A DNA stretch of 55,529 nucleotides, taken from Candidatus Omnitrophota bacterium. GTDB taxonomy: Bacteria; Omnitrophota; Gorgyraeia; Pluralincolimonadales; Pluralincolimonadaceae. The stretch spans positions 1-55,529 of the forward strand of contig JAZDOX010000075.1 of NCBI GenBank assembly GCA_043798215.1, in the 5' to 3' direction. Position 1 is the first letter of the stretch, and each line of letters begins with the position of its first letter. A program made the position numbers and the translations under genes. This document shows positions 1-8,620 of this stretch, one piece after another. The notes below the pieces were generated by a model. The model was not told the DNA's origin. It made no database searches and was given only the letters and a program-made list of their open reading frames with translations.

Positions 1-1
1 G

Positions 2-1111
2 GATGATTACATAGATCCGCTTAATCTTTATTATCATTGGCAGGCTTTGGCGAAGTTCAATGAGGGCGAGGAGCGGCGCAATATGAATTTACGCTATAGC
101 CGCGCCACGATAGAATGCGATGACGGCGCTGTTTTAATGGCCCAGGGAATACTTAATGACAGCAGGGCCTTAATATGGATATATGATTTGGACAGGATGA
201 AGTTTGATCAGGGGCCGCTTAAGCCTCTTGACGCGAAAGATGTCATTTTGACTATTGCAGGAATGAACGACGGCAAGTATAAAGCGGAGTTTTGGGATAC
301 CTACAAGGGTATAATCACCGGCGCTTCAGAGGGGGAATGCATAAATTCAGAGGTCAAGGTGGCTTTGCCGCGGATAACCAAAGATATCGCCTGTAAAGTC
401 ATAGCCCAAGATAAAACGTCATTCCCCGCTTTAAGCGGGGAATCCAGTCACGCAAGTCTGGATTACCCGATTGATCCCCCGATCAAGTCGGGGGAGGGTA
501 ATGACGAATTTGCTGTAGTTACTTATAAAACTGCTTATAAGAATTCCAGCTCTGTTACTGAAGAACCTCATATAGTTTCGCGTATTTTGGATAAAGAAGT
601 TGAGCTTGCGCCGAGAGATCTCTGGGAAGGTTTTGAGACTCAAGATGGTTGGCAAGTCGCCGATTGGTCTGACAAAGCGGATATCTTGTTATCTTCCGAA
701 AGAGTTACGGAGGGCAAAAAATCGCTTAAGGTTGTTTTTGACAAAGCCGGCAGACGAATGGACGGCAAGGGGATAGCTGTAGACAGGCGTGATATCTCGC
801 TGGATTTATCAAAGGCGAAAGATATGATATTTGACGTATACCTTGACGCGCCAAACTCAATAGAGCTGTCAGTTGTGGTAAACAGCAAGTCTTTTTGTGA
901 AAGTCCGCGCAGGATCATTCTTCCCGGCTGGAATAAGAACGTTACTTTTGACCTTACGGCAAGCAATTTTAAGAGAGAGTCCACCCGTTGGCAGCATAAA
1001 GGTAAGGTTGACAGGTTTGAGCCGATAGAAGAAGTTACCTTTATGATTTATCCTTGGGATATTGAAAAGGGCGCTGTTTATATTGATAATGTTGGGTTTT
1101 TGGAGAATTAG
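2..1111 (+). CDS. C-terminal part of a secreted glycan-active protein ending in a CBM-like beta-sandwich module (5' end outside window)
   Basis: The frame is open from nt 2, with no stop before the first candidate start at 47, so the gene continues upstream of the window. The last ~150 aa (LWEGFETQDGWQ...GAVYIDNVGFLEN) carry the same module signature that repeats in the downstream 1615-aa GH5 protein. Confidence 0.6.
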   Translation, partial: DDYIDPLNLYYHWQALAKFNEGEERRNMNLRYSRATIECDDGAVLMAQGILNDSRALIWIYDLDRMKFDQGPLKPLDAKDVILTIAGMNDGKYKAEFWDTYKGIITGASEGECINSEVKVALPRITKDIACKVIAQDKTSFPALSGESSHASLDYPIDPPIKSGEGNDEFAVVTYKTAYKNSSSVTEEPHIVSRILDKEVELAPRDLWEGFETQDGWQVADWSDKADILLSSERVTEGKKSLKVVFDKAGRRMDGKGIAVDRRDISLDLSKAKDMIFDVYLDAPNSIELSVVVNSKSFCESPRRIILPGWNKNVTFDLTASNFKRESTRWQHKGKVDRFEPIEEVTFMIYPWDIEKGAVYIDNVGFLEN

Positions 1112-1290
1112 CGCGCTGTAACATAAATTTTATATTGTTCGAGCGAGTCCCGACGTATCATCGGGGCGAGTCGAGAACTATGGATACGGGCTAAAGCAGA
1201 GCTTCTCGACTCATCCGCCTCAGGCGGATTCGCTCGAAGAATAAGCGCTTGCTGTCCCAAGCATTACCCTGAAGCGATGTCATAGTGCAA
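1112..1290 (+). mobile_element. Family A MITE-like element, copy A1 (degenerate right end)
   Basis: TGTAACATAAATTTTATA left end. Core TTCGAGCGA / GAGTCGAGAA / TTCTCGACTC / ATCCGCCTCAGGCGGAT / TCGCTCGAA. The first internal hairpin is the CCCGACGTATC.TCGGGG variant. Confidence 0.85.
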
Positions 1291-1317
1291 TTTTACGTGT
1301 CAATAACATAGTTAGTT

Positions 1318-1532
1318 GTAGTTTACCCAAAATTTAAGTATGTTTTTACGTAATAGTTGTAGTTCAAATGGGTTAGAAAGATTTAAAGGCGTATGAAGTA
1401 AGACGAGAAATAGAGAGAGAAAATATTGTTCGAGCGAAGCTGCGCTTTTATCTTCTCGACGATGCTCGAAGAATAAAAGCGCAACTGAGTCGAGAACCGT
1501 AACATTGATAGAAAATTTTGGGTAAACTCCAC
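1318..1532 (+). mobile_element. Family C MITE-like element, copy C1
   Basis: The TIR is GTAGTTTACCCAAAATTT ... AAATTTTGGGTAAACTCCAC. It is flanked by a perfect 11-nt direct repeat CATAGTTAGTT (1307-1317 and 1533-1543). Confidence 0.8.
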
Positions 1533-1618
1533 CATAGTTAGTTAGCCGCACAGAGGTCTTTTAGATGAATTTTTTGATATTTCAACAATTTAGACGAAAA
1601 AAAAGCAACAAAATACTC

Positions 1619-1647
1619 TTGACAAATCTCATTTTAGATGGTAATAT
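1619..1647 (+). promoter_or_regulatory. Sigma70-type promoter
   Basis: TTGACA (1619-1624), 17-nt spacer, TAATAT (1642-1647). Confidence 0.6.
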
Positions 1648-1787
1648 TTCTTTACTTAGAGCGTATACTAAAGTATGCTTAGAAAGTAAATATGCGTTTA
1701 TTTTTTTAATGATATGTTAAAGTGTCAAGTTTTCCTAAAAAGATATACATTAGCGCACTGTTATATATAAATTGTAATAATAATCTA

Positions 1788-1975
1788 CTAGCGCATTGTA
1801 ACATAAATTTTATACTGTTCGAGCGAGTCCCGACGTATCGTCGGGCCGAGTCGAGAACTATGGATACAGACAGCAACAGAACTTCTCGACTCATCCGCCT
1901 TAGGCGGATTCGCTCGAAGAATAAGTGTTTGCTTGTCTTCAGAAACTGCCATAAATTAATGTTACAGAGCACTAG
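1788..1975 (+). mobile_element. Family A element, copy A2
   Basis: The TIR is CTAGCGCATTGTAACATAAATT ... AATTAATGTTACAGAGCACTAG. The core is as in A1. A partial extra left end lies at 1751-1780. Confidence 0.9.
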
Positions 1976-2026
1976 ACTAGATATGATATACAGAATACAA
2001 AAACTAAAAAGAAAGGGGGTGACAAT

Positions 2027-2638
2027 ATGAAAAAGTGCTTTTCAGTATTAGTATTAGCATTGGCAGCATTGTTTATCTCTGGCGCGGCGCATGCTACAAC
2101 AGTTCAGTTTGATTGGACAGCAGCAGGCGACAAACTAGGATGGGATTCATGGGAGGAGTACGGGGTCGATCATACATTAGCTCAGTCAACTTTTGGGCTG
2201 GACGGCGGCTCTCTTGGAGCAACTATTTCTACCTCTGACTGGGCCAAGTCTTTATTGATTGGTCGCTTCATCGGTGGTGGTGGCGTCAGGGACTTGACAT
2301 TGGAGCCGAAATATAAACTCGATGTCTATAGGCCAGCGGGCGCAAGTAGTCTCAATGCTAAATTATGCGTGGAGACAAACTGGACACGAATCTATGATTC
2401 AACCTCGTATAATTTAAACGAAGGGTGGACCACCTTGACTTGGGATATGGCTGCTAGTGGTGTGCCAAACTTGAATCAGGCTAATGGTCTTGCCGTACTG
2501 ATAGAAGGAAATTTTGTATCTGTGCCAGTCACATATAATTTGGATAATGCCACAACAGTTCCAGAACCTGCAAGTTTACTCTTGCTCGGCACCGGTTTGG
2601 TGGGTTTGCTTGGTTTTACAAAGAGAAAGAAAGCTTAA
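2027..2638 (+). CDS. PEP-CTERM-anchored secreted protein with a CBM-like body
   Basis: Signal peptide MKKCFSVLVLALAALFISGAAHA. The C-terminus is VPEP + hydrophobic helix LLLLGTGLVGLLGF + TKRKKA, the canonical PEP-CTERM sorting signal. A G-rich RBS (aaggggg) lies upstream of the ATG. Confidence 0.85.
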   Translation: MKKCFSVLVLALAALFISGAAHATTVQFDWTAAGDKLGWDSWEEYGVDHTLAQSTFGLDGGSLGATISTSDWAKSLLIGRFIGGGGVRDLTLEPKYKLDVYRPAGASSLNAKLCVETNWTRIYDSTSYNLNEGWTTLTWDMAASGVPNLNQANGLAVLIEGNFVSVPVTYNLDNATTVPEPASLLLLGTGLVGLLGFTKRKKA

Positions 2639-2646
2639 TTTTACAT

Positions 2647-2934
2647 TGTCATTGTACGGCTTGGAGGTTGGGTCATAATGTAGTTGCTCGATTCCCGCCA
2701 GAGGCGGGTCTGCCTCAGGCATGATATCGAGCACAACATATTGGCCCAATAAATTGGGCAACTACAATATGTTGATCTATTTAGTCAAGAAAAAGGGTTA
2801 TGACCCAGCCTGTTGACCGGACAATCCAGACACGAAAATGCTGTTTTACAGCATGACTGGATTCCCGATTAGGCCCTTCCTTTAAGTGGATTAGGAAGGC
2901 CTATCCTTTAGGATTAAAGATTTCGGGAATGACA
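2647..2934. repeat. Nested palindromic block: D element containing an E element containing a K insert
   Basis: TGTCATTGTACGG ... CGGGAATGACA outer arms. Inner TIR GGGTCATAAT ... TTATGACCCAG. The hairpin GCTCGA..TCGAGC is split by TTCCCGCCAGAGGCGGGTCTGCCTCAGGCATGATA. Confidence 0.8.
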
Positions 2935-3061
2935 CTGCAATGGCTAATTTGATGGACAGGTATGTCTTAAGCTTATGATTAAAGAGGGCATTAAAGCTTT
3001 GAGGCGGGAAGTGAAAACTTGCTCCCTCACCCGAAAAGGCTTATAATGCCCTCTTTTTTTG

Positions 3062-3091
3062 TTGCCTACGCGTAAATGAAAGATGTATAAT
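3062..3091 (+). promoter_or_regulatory. Sigma70-type promoter upstream of the GH5 gene
   Basis: TTGCCT (3062-3067), 18-nt spacer, TATAAT (3086-3091). Confidence 0.55.
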
Positions 3092-3119
3092 AAAACCTCT
3101 ACGCAACTCGTTCTACGGA

Positions 3120-3260
3120 ATGTAGGGCGTGTTCCCCGAGACTGTGTTGTAATGTAGTTGCTCGATTTATCGAGCACAATATATCTGCCCAATGAATTGG
3201 GCAACTACAATATGTTGACGCAGTTAGCGGAAAAAAGAGATTGCGACATAGTCTGAATGA
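3120..3260. repeat. Partial G-type fragment + B-core double hairpin + diverged arm, in the 5' UTR of the GH5 gene
   Basis: ATGTAGTTGCTCGATTTATCGAGCACAATATATCTGCCCAATGAATTGGGCAACTACAATATGTTGA. The arm GACGCAGTTAGCGGAAAAAAGAGATTGC recurs at 37651-37690. Confidence 0.75.
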
Positions 3261-3319
3261 CACATCTCGTCGTAAGACTTCCAAGGGCTGAACTGTTACA
3301 ATAATTTAAGAGGCGCAAA

Positions 3320-6300
3320 ATGAGAAAATTTTTTTATCTTTTTTGGGTATCAAGTCTGCTTATTATTTCTGTTGCTTATTCCCAGCCTGTTGAAAGATAT
3401 GGCTTTGAGAATGGAACTCAGGGCTGGGTTGCCTCAGATTATCAATTCGGCAGAGCGGTTTCTAATGTAACACAGTCTTCGGATAGAGCTGTTGTCGGCG
3501 CTTATTCCTTAAAGGCTATGGTTGATTTGATAGGCGGGAGTTCCACAAATGCCAGCGGCGAGGCATATGTGGATATGCGAAATAACCCCCCTTTAGGCGT
3601 AATCACTCCAATTAACCTGCAAGGCCAAACACTTACAGCGTATATATATTGTCCAGTAGGCTCAAGAGGGGACGTTACAGCGCCAAATGGAATTCAAATA
3701 TTACTCAAAGATGAAAATTGGAAGAGTCTTTATAGTAAATGGATAAATATAGTTGAGAACTCGTGGATAAAATTAACACTAACTATAAACGACACTTGCG
3801 ATTTCGATTCTACAAAAGTTATTGTGGTTGGTTTCAAGATAGGGGCGGGTTTAGGTTCTTCGGCAAGATATAACGGCCCTATTTACTTGGATACCGTAAG
3901 TTTTGACGTTGGGGGAACGCCTCCTATGCCGTCTGCCGAGAATCAAAGATATGATTTCGAGACGGGAATTCAGGGCTGGGCTGATTCAAATTATACCTAT
4001 GGGCAGGCAGTTGTCTCTGTTGAGCAATCTTCCGAGCGGGCGGCTCTGGGCGCGTCTTGTTTGCGATCGAACGCTGATTTAGCGGGCGGCGATACCCATA
4101 AGTCTTATGGCGAGGCTTATGTGGATATGAGGTATTCTCCTCCTTCAGGGGTAACCGCTCCTTTGAGTTTAAATGGGGTTGAGGTTTCAGCTTGGATATA
4201 TTGCCCTGCCGGATCGCGAGGAGATGGCAATAACCCAAACGGCGTTCAGATATTCGTTAAAGACGAGAACTGGAAGGCTGAGTATTCGAGTTGGACTAGT
4301 ATCTTTGAGAATGTTTGGTTTAAGATTACCTTGACACCATGCTTAAGCGCCCCTCTCAATGGTTCTATGGACGAGGGTTTCGATCCCGCAAGAATAATTA
4401 ACATCGGCGTCAAGATTGGCACAGCTGCAGGCTCAACCGCTCTTTACAAAGGGCCTGTTTATTTTGATGTCCTGTCATTTTCACAGCCAAGCGTGCCGCT
4501 TTCAGACTATACGTATGATTTTGGCAGCGCGGGCGCATTGAATGGAATTCCACGATGGGACGTGGATTCCGGATGGGGGGCTTTAGCGTGGGATAGTGTG
4601 TATTTGTCAGAAGAAGCTTTAACGGCGTCCGCGAAATTTAGTATGACTTCAGATAAGGAAAGAAAAGGATTCGTCAATATTTTTTATGCCCCGCCGATTT
4701 ATTTAACGAACAAAGACAATCATATTATCAGGGCCGAAGTAAAATTTGACCCGCAGCCCGGGCCGCTGGATTTCATAGGAGTTATCTGGGTTTACGATAA
4801 AGAAGGCGAAAGATGGTATCGAAATGATTATAAGAATATAGGCGGCGGCGCCGGATGGAGCGTATTGAGCTTTGATTTAGATGATAATATGGCCTATGAT
4901 CCGGATTTGGGTTTTGGAGAAACGATGCCGTTAGGCCAAATCGTTAAAGTGGGAATTCAATTATATGCCAACGCTGATTATACAGGTAGAGTCTATTTTG
5001 ACAATATTACTATTGGAGGCAGGGAGATAACCTCGAAATATCCCCAAAATAATACAGGACTCGTTGAAAGAAGCGGGACTAATTTTGTTTTGGGCGGCCA
5101 AAAATTTTATTTTGCGGGCGCAAATGCCGAGTATCTCTTTGAGAAATCCGTGCCAATAGAGGAGAAAGTCCTGGATTCGGCTAAGGATATGAATCTGGGG
5201 GTAGTGCGCACCTGGGCGTTTGGAGAAGGCGAGGACGCCAGTTTTCAGCCCATAAGAGGTAAGTTCAATCAAAGCGCTTTTGAGCATTTAGACAGGTTAA
5301 TAGCTTATGCCGGTAAAAAGGGCATAAGGCTTATGTCCCCTCTGGTGGATAATTGGGGCCATTATGGCGGTATGTATAAATATATGGATTGGGCTTTAGC
5401 CGAACATCCCGAGAGTGTTCCTGATTACGATGATAAAGGGAATTTTGTGGATAAGATAAACAAGAATGACGCTTTTCACGATCAGTTTTTCGTAAATCAA
5501 TATTGCAAGCAATGGTATAAGGATTATGCGAGTTACCTCTTGAATAGAACCAACTCTATAACAGGTGTAAGGTATAAAGACGACCCCAACATTTTTGCCT
5601 GGGAAGTGTTTAACGAACCGCGCTGCGGTTCGGATGTTTCAGGTAAAAGGGTTCATGATTGGATAGTCGAGATGAGTAATTTTGTAAAAACAATCGACCC
5701 AAATCATCTGGTCGGCACAGGAGAAGAGGGCGCTTACATAATGGCTAAAGATCAAGCCGATCAGTTTAGCGGTTGGCAGGATTATCCTTATAACTATTGG
5801 ATATACGGCTTAACGCAAGGATCGAGCGGAGTCGATTTCTTAAGCGATCACAAGACTACCGATACCACTGTTTTCTGGCAGGACTATGAATGGGGGGAGA
5901 AAGAAATTATAGGGCCGATTCATTCCGAATTAAGAGAAGGCGCTTTGAATGTGGATTTTTGTTCTTTCAGGGCCTATATCGACGCTTCAGAGTTTAACCT
6001 TTATCGCGTTGATCCGTACGATCAATCGCTTAAATGGATTGAACAGCATATGAACGACGCTTTTAATGTTATCGGAAAGCCGGTGATTATGGAAGAGTTC
6101 GGCATCCATACTGTCGGCTATATTTATGGAGGAGGATTCGGGGAAAGGAAATTTCACAGACGTCCGGCTTACACTGTTTCTGACCGGATGAATATTTTCC
6201 AAAAGTACTACGATTATATTTATGACAACAATATAGCCGGTTCTCTATTTTGGAACTTGGGCTATGATGGAATGAGAGCGGATTTGTTCGACGGCTGCGA

Positions 6301-8167
6301 AACTTTGGCGCATAGTGTTTCCTCGACATGGGCCATAGACTCCAATTCTGACGCGGCGGCAATTTCGCTGTCTGAGATCAATGTTATTCAAGGAGAAAAA
6401 TCTTTCAAACTTGATTACGCTAATCCTTTGGCTGGCAGGGCATTTTATGATTTGCCCAATTTAACGGAGAAATGGGAAGTTACAGCCGCCAATCCTCCAT
6501 CCTCCGGCGCCATTAACAGGGCGAAGTTCACTTTTGATTTATATAATGCCGGAGATGCCAAATATGTTGATTTAGCTGTTTGCGCGGGTCCAAATTTGAC
6601 GTGGCATGAGTCGACTTTGCAGCCGCTTAATACGGGATGGAATAAGGTTACAGTTGATTTATCTTCCGAGACCTGGAAATCAGCGGTTACTGATTGGAGT
6701 TATGCGGGCGACATCGCTGATTTAGACGATGTCAGGAAGATCTCCATAGGCTTGTTTGGGTATTCTGCGCCGGGGTCGGCATATGTGGATAATATCAATA
6801 TATTGGAAGACGACGGTTTTGTTATCTATCCGGGCGACGAGATAACAAATATCATTTCAGCTCATGCGCGGATGATGGCGGATAAATTTGAGGATTTGCC
6901 TGTAGTAGATACTACTCCGCCCGCCATACCCATAGTTACTACTGAAAAGGCGTCTCTTCCTGGAAGCAGGACAGAGTATTCTATTAAAGCTAAGTGGGAA
7001 TCTTTCGATTCAGAATCAGGCGTAGCGCAATATCTATTTGCTATAGGCACATCTAAGGGGTCAAATGATGTTCAGGATTGGAATCTTTGTAAGGCCAATG
7101 TTACCAAAATTACAACAGTAGATTTAGATTTAGCGATATTTTCAGGCAAGACCTATTACTTTACCGTCAAAGCTAAAAATGGCGCAGATCTATGGAGTGA
7201 GCCGGGTTATTCAGAAGGAATAATTTTTGTAGATACGACTCCGCCCCCCGCGGTTAATTGCTCCATCAAGATAAACGACAATGCTCAATATGCCGCCTCT
7301 ACCGTTGCAACTCTAACTTTATCAGCTGCAGATGCGCCGGGTGGCAGCGGTATGGGAACGGGTAGCCAGATGAAGATATCCAACACAAATCCTGCCGACT
7401 GGACCGCCATTACGACAGTAGTTTATGCCACAACCAAGTCTTGGACGCTGACTACAGGAAGCGGCACAAAGACCGTCTATGTCAAATTCAAGGATGCGGC
7501 AGGCAACTGGTCAAATGCCGTATCCGATACTATCATATTGGATACTACCCTACCCGCTGTGCCGGTTGTCACTGATGACGGGACATACACAACAAGCACA
7601 ACCCAGCTGCACGCTTCGTGGAGTTCAAGCGATCCTGAGTCGGGCATAATCGAGTATAAATATGGAATTGGCGCCTCAAAGGGAGCCGCCGATGTGGTAA
7701 GCTGGACAAATACTACCTCAACCAGTGTTACCGGAACAGGTCTGTCTTTGCAATACGGCAAGACCTATTACTTTACAGTTCACGCCAAAAATGGCGCTTT
7801 TGTATGGAACGGCCCCGGTTATTCGGATGGCATAACCATAAACGATATTACTCCCCCTTCAATAAGCCATACTCCTATTGCTTCAGCTCCTAAGAATAAG
7901 CCAGTTACATTTACCGCCACTGTTACGGACTCAACATCAGGAGTAAAAGAGGTAACTCTTTATTGGCGTAAATGGATACGAAGAATATTTTGGTGGGAAT
8001 GGAGCGACCTGCGCCCTTTACTTATGAGCCCGCAAGGGAATAATAAATATAGCGCAATTCTTATGGCTTCTCAAGTTGAGGATAGAAAGATAAAATATTA
8101 CATCACAGCTAAAGATAAGGCGAACAACGCGAGAAGTACGTCAACATATGTTATATCAAGATATTAA
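3320..8167 (+). CDS. 1615-aa secreted multidomain glycoside hydrolase, GH5 catalytic core (mannanase-like) with CBM-like and FN3/Ig-like modules
   Basis: Signal peptide. Two tandem N-terminal modules (ERYGFENGTQGW... / QRYDFETGIQGW...). GH5 signatures VRTWAFGEG, FAWEVFNEPRC (acid/base Glu) and VIMEEFG (nucleophile Glu). Two tandem C-terminal modules (WESFDSESGVAQYLFAIG / WSSSDPESGIIEYKYGIG). RBS aagagg. Confidence 0.85.
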   Translation: MRKFFYLFWVSSLLIISVAYSQPVERYGFENGTQGWVASDYQFGRAVSNVTQSSDRAVVGAYSLKAMVDLIGGSSTNASGEAYVDMRNNPPLGVITPINLQGQTLTAYIYCPVGSRGDVTAPNGIQILLKDENWKSLYSKWINIVENSWIKLTLTINDTCDFDSTKVIVVGFKIGAGLGSSARYNGPIYLDTVSFDVGGTPPMPSAENQRYDFETGIQGWADSNYTYGQAVVSVEQSSERAALGASCLRSNADLAGGDTHKSYGEAYVDMRYSPPSGVTAPLSLNGVEVSAWIYCPAGSRGDGNNPNGVQIFVKDENWKAEYSSWTSIFENVWFKITLTPCLSAPLNGSMDEGFDPARIINIGVKIGTAAGSTALYKGPVYFDVLSFSQPSVPLSDYTYDFGSAGALNGIPRWDVDSGWGALAWDSVYLSEEALTASAKFSMTSDKERKGFVNIFYAPPIYLTNKDNHIIRAEVKFDPQPGPLDFIGVIWVYDKEGERWYRNDYKNIGGGAGWSVLSFDLDDNMAYDPDLGFGETMPLGQIVKVGIQLYANADYTGRVYFDNITIGGREITSKYPQNNTGLVERSGTNFVLGGQKFYFAGANAEYLFEKSVPIEEKVLDSAKDMNLGVVRTWAFGEGEDASFQPIRGKFNQSAFEHLDRLIAYAGKKGIRLMSPLVDNWGHYGGMYKYMDWALAEHPESVPDYDDKGNFVDKINKNDAFHDQFFVNQYCKQWYKDYASYLLNRTNSITGVRYKDDPNIFAWEVFNEPRCGSDVSGKRVHDWIVEMSNFVKTIDPNHLVGTGEEGAYIMAKDQADQFSGWQDYPYNYWIYGLTQGSSGVDFLSDHKTTDTTVFWQDYEWGEKEIIGPIHSELREGALNVDFCSFRAYIDASEFNLYRVDPYDQSLKWIEQHMNDAFNVIGKPVIMEEFGIHTVGYIYGGGFGERKFHRRPAYTVSDRMNIFQKYYDYIYDNNIAGSLFWNLGYDGMRADLFDGCETLAHSVSSTWAIDSNSDAAAISLSEINVIQGEKSFKLDYANPLAGRAFYDLPNLTEKWEVTAANPPSSGAINRAKFTFDLYNAGDAKYVDLAVCAGPNLTWHESTLQPLNTGWNKVTVDLSSETWKSAVTDWSYAGDIADLDDVRKISIGLFGYSAPGSAYVDNINILEDDGFVIYPGDEITNIISAHARMMADKFEDLPVVDTTPPAIPIVTTEKASLPGSRTEYSIKAKWESFDSESGVAQYLFAIGTSKGSNDVQDWNLCKANVTKITTVDLDLAIFSGKTYYFTVKAKNGADLWSEPGYSEGIIFVDTTPPPAVNCSIKINDNAQYAASTVATLTLSAADAPGGSGMGTGSQMKISNTNPADWTAITTVVYATTKSWTLTTGSGTKTVYVKFKDAAGNWSNAVSDTIILDTTLPAVPVVTDDGTYTTSTTQLHASWSSSDPESGIIEYKYGIGASKGAADVVSWTNTTSTSVTGTGLSLQYGKTYYFTVHAKNGAFVWNGPGYSDGITINDITPPSISHTPIASAPKNKPVTFTATVTDSTSGVKEVTLYWRKWIRRIFWWEWSDLRPLLMSPQGNNKYSAILMASQVEDRKIKYYITAKDKANNARSTSTYVISRY

Positions 8168-8308
8168 GAAGGGACACACCTTAGGTGTCGAAGCAGACGG
8201 TTTTATATGGGCGCAAACGTATTTGGAGAATATTTTGGCGGGAGTGGAGCTACTCGTGTGTTTTGTCTATAACTTCGCAGGGAAGCAATATTTACAAAAC
8301 AACCCCCC

Positions 8309-8511
8309 ACTACATTGTAGTATAAATTTTATACTGTTCGAGCGAGGCCATTGGCCGAGTCGAGAACTATGGATATGCCTGCCTGTGCGTGGCACGCAGA
8401 CAGGGACAGGCAGCAGAACTTCTCGACTCATCCGCCTCAGGCGGATTCGCTCGAAGAATAAGCGCTTGCTGTCTCCAAGGACTACCATGAATTAATGTTA
8501 CAATGCGCTAC
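8309..8511 (+). mobile_element. Family A element, copy A3 (extra palindromic insert in the variable loop)
   Basis: Same TIRs and core, with the GGCCATTGGCC hairpin variant. The loop carries GCCTGCCTGTGCGTGGCACGCAGACAGGGACAGGCAGC. Confidence 0.9.
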
Positions 8512-8568
8512 TTGCTTCAGAGTAAGTCACTAATTAATTGGCCTCCTGAGCAGCAGCTTAACTATTTC

Positions 8569-8597
8569 TTGACTTTTTGCGTCTGGGATAATAGTAT
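8569..8597 (+). promoter_or_regulatory. Sigma70-type promoter upstream of the ABC operon
   Basis: TTGACT (8569-8574), 17-nt spacer, TAGTAT (8592-8597). Confidence 0.5.
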
Positions 8598-8620
8598 TAG
8601 AATATATTTGATGAGGGATT

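Noticed and set aside
1722-2030. ORFs translating to ...RTSRLIRLRRIRSKNK... (also 8148..8495, 45177..45386, 37443..37652 and their antisense partners).
   Set aside because: They are read-throughs of family A repeats, occur in both orientations, have no RBS, and their similarity is explained at the DNA level.
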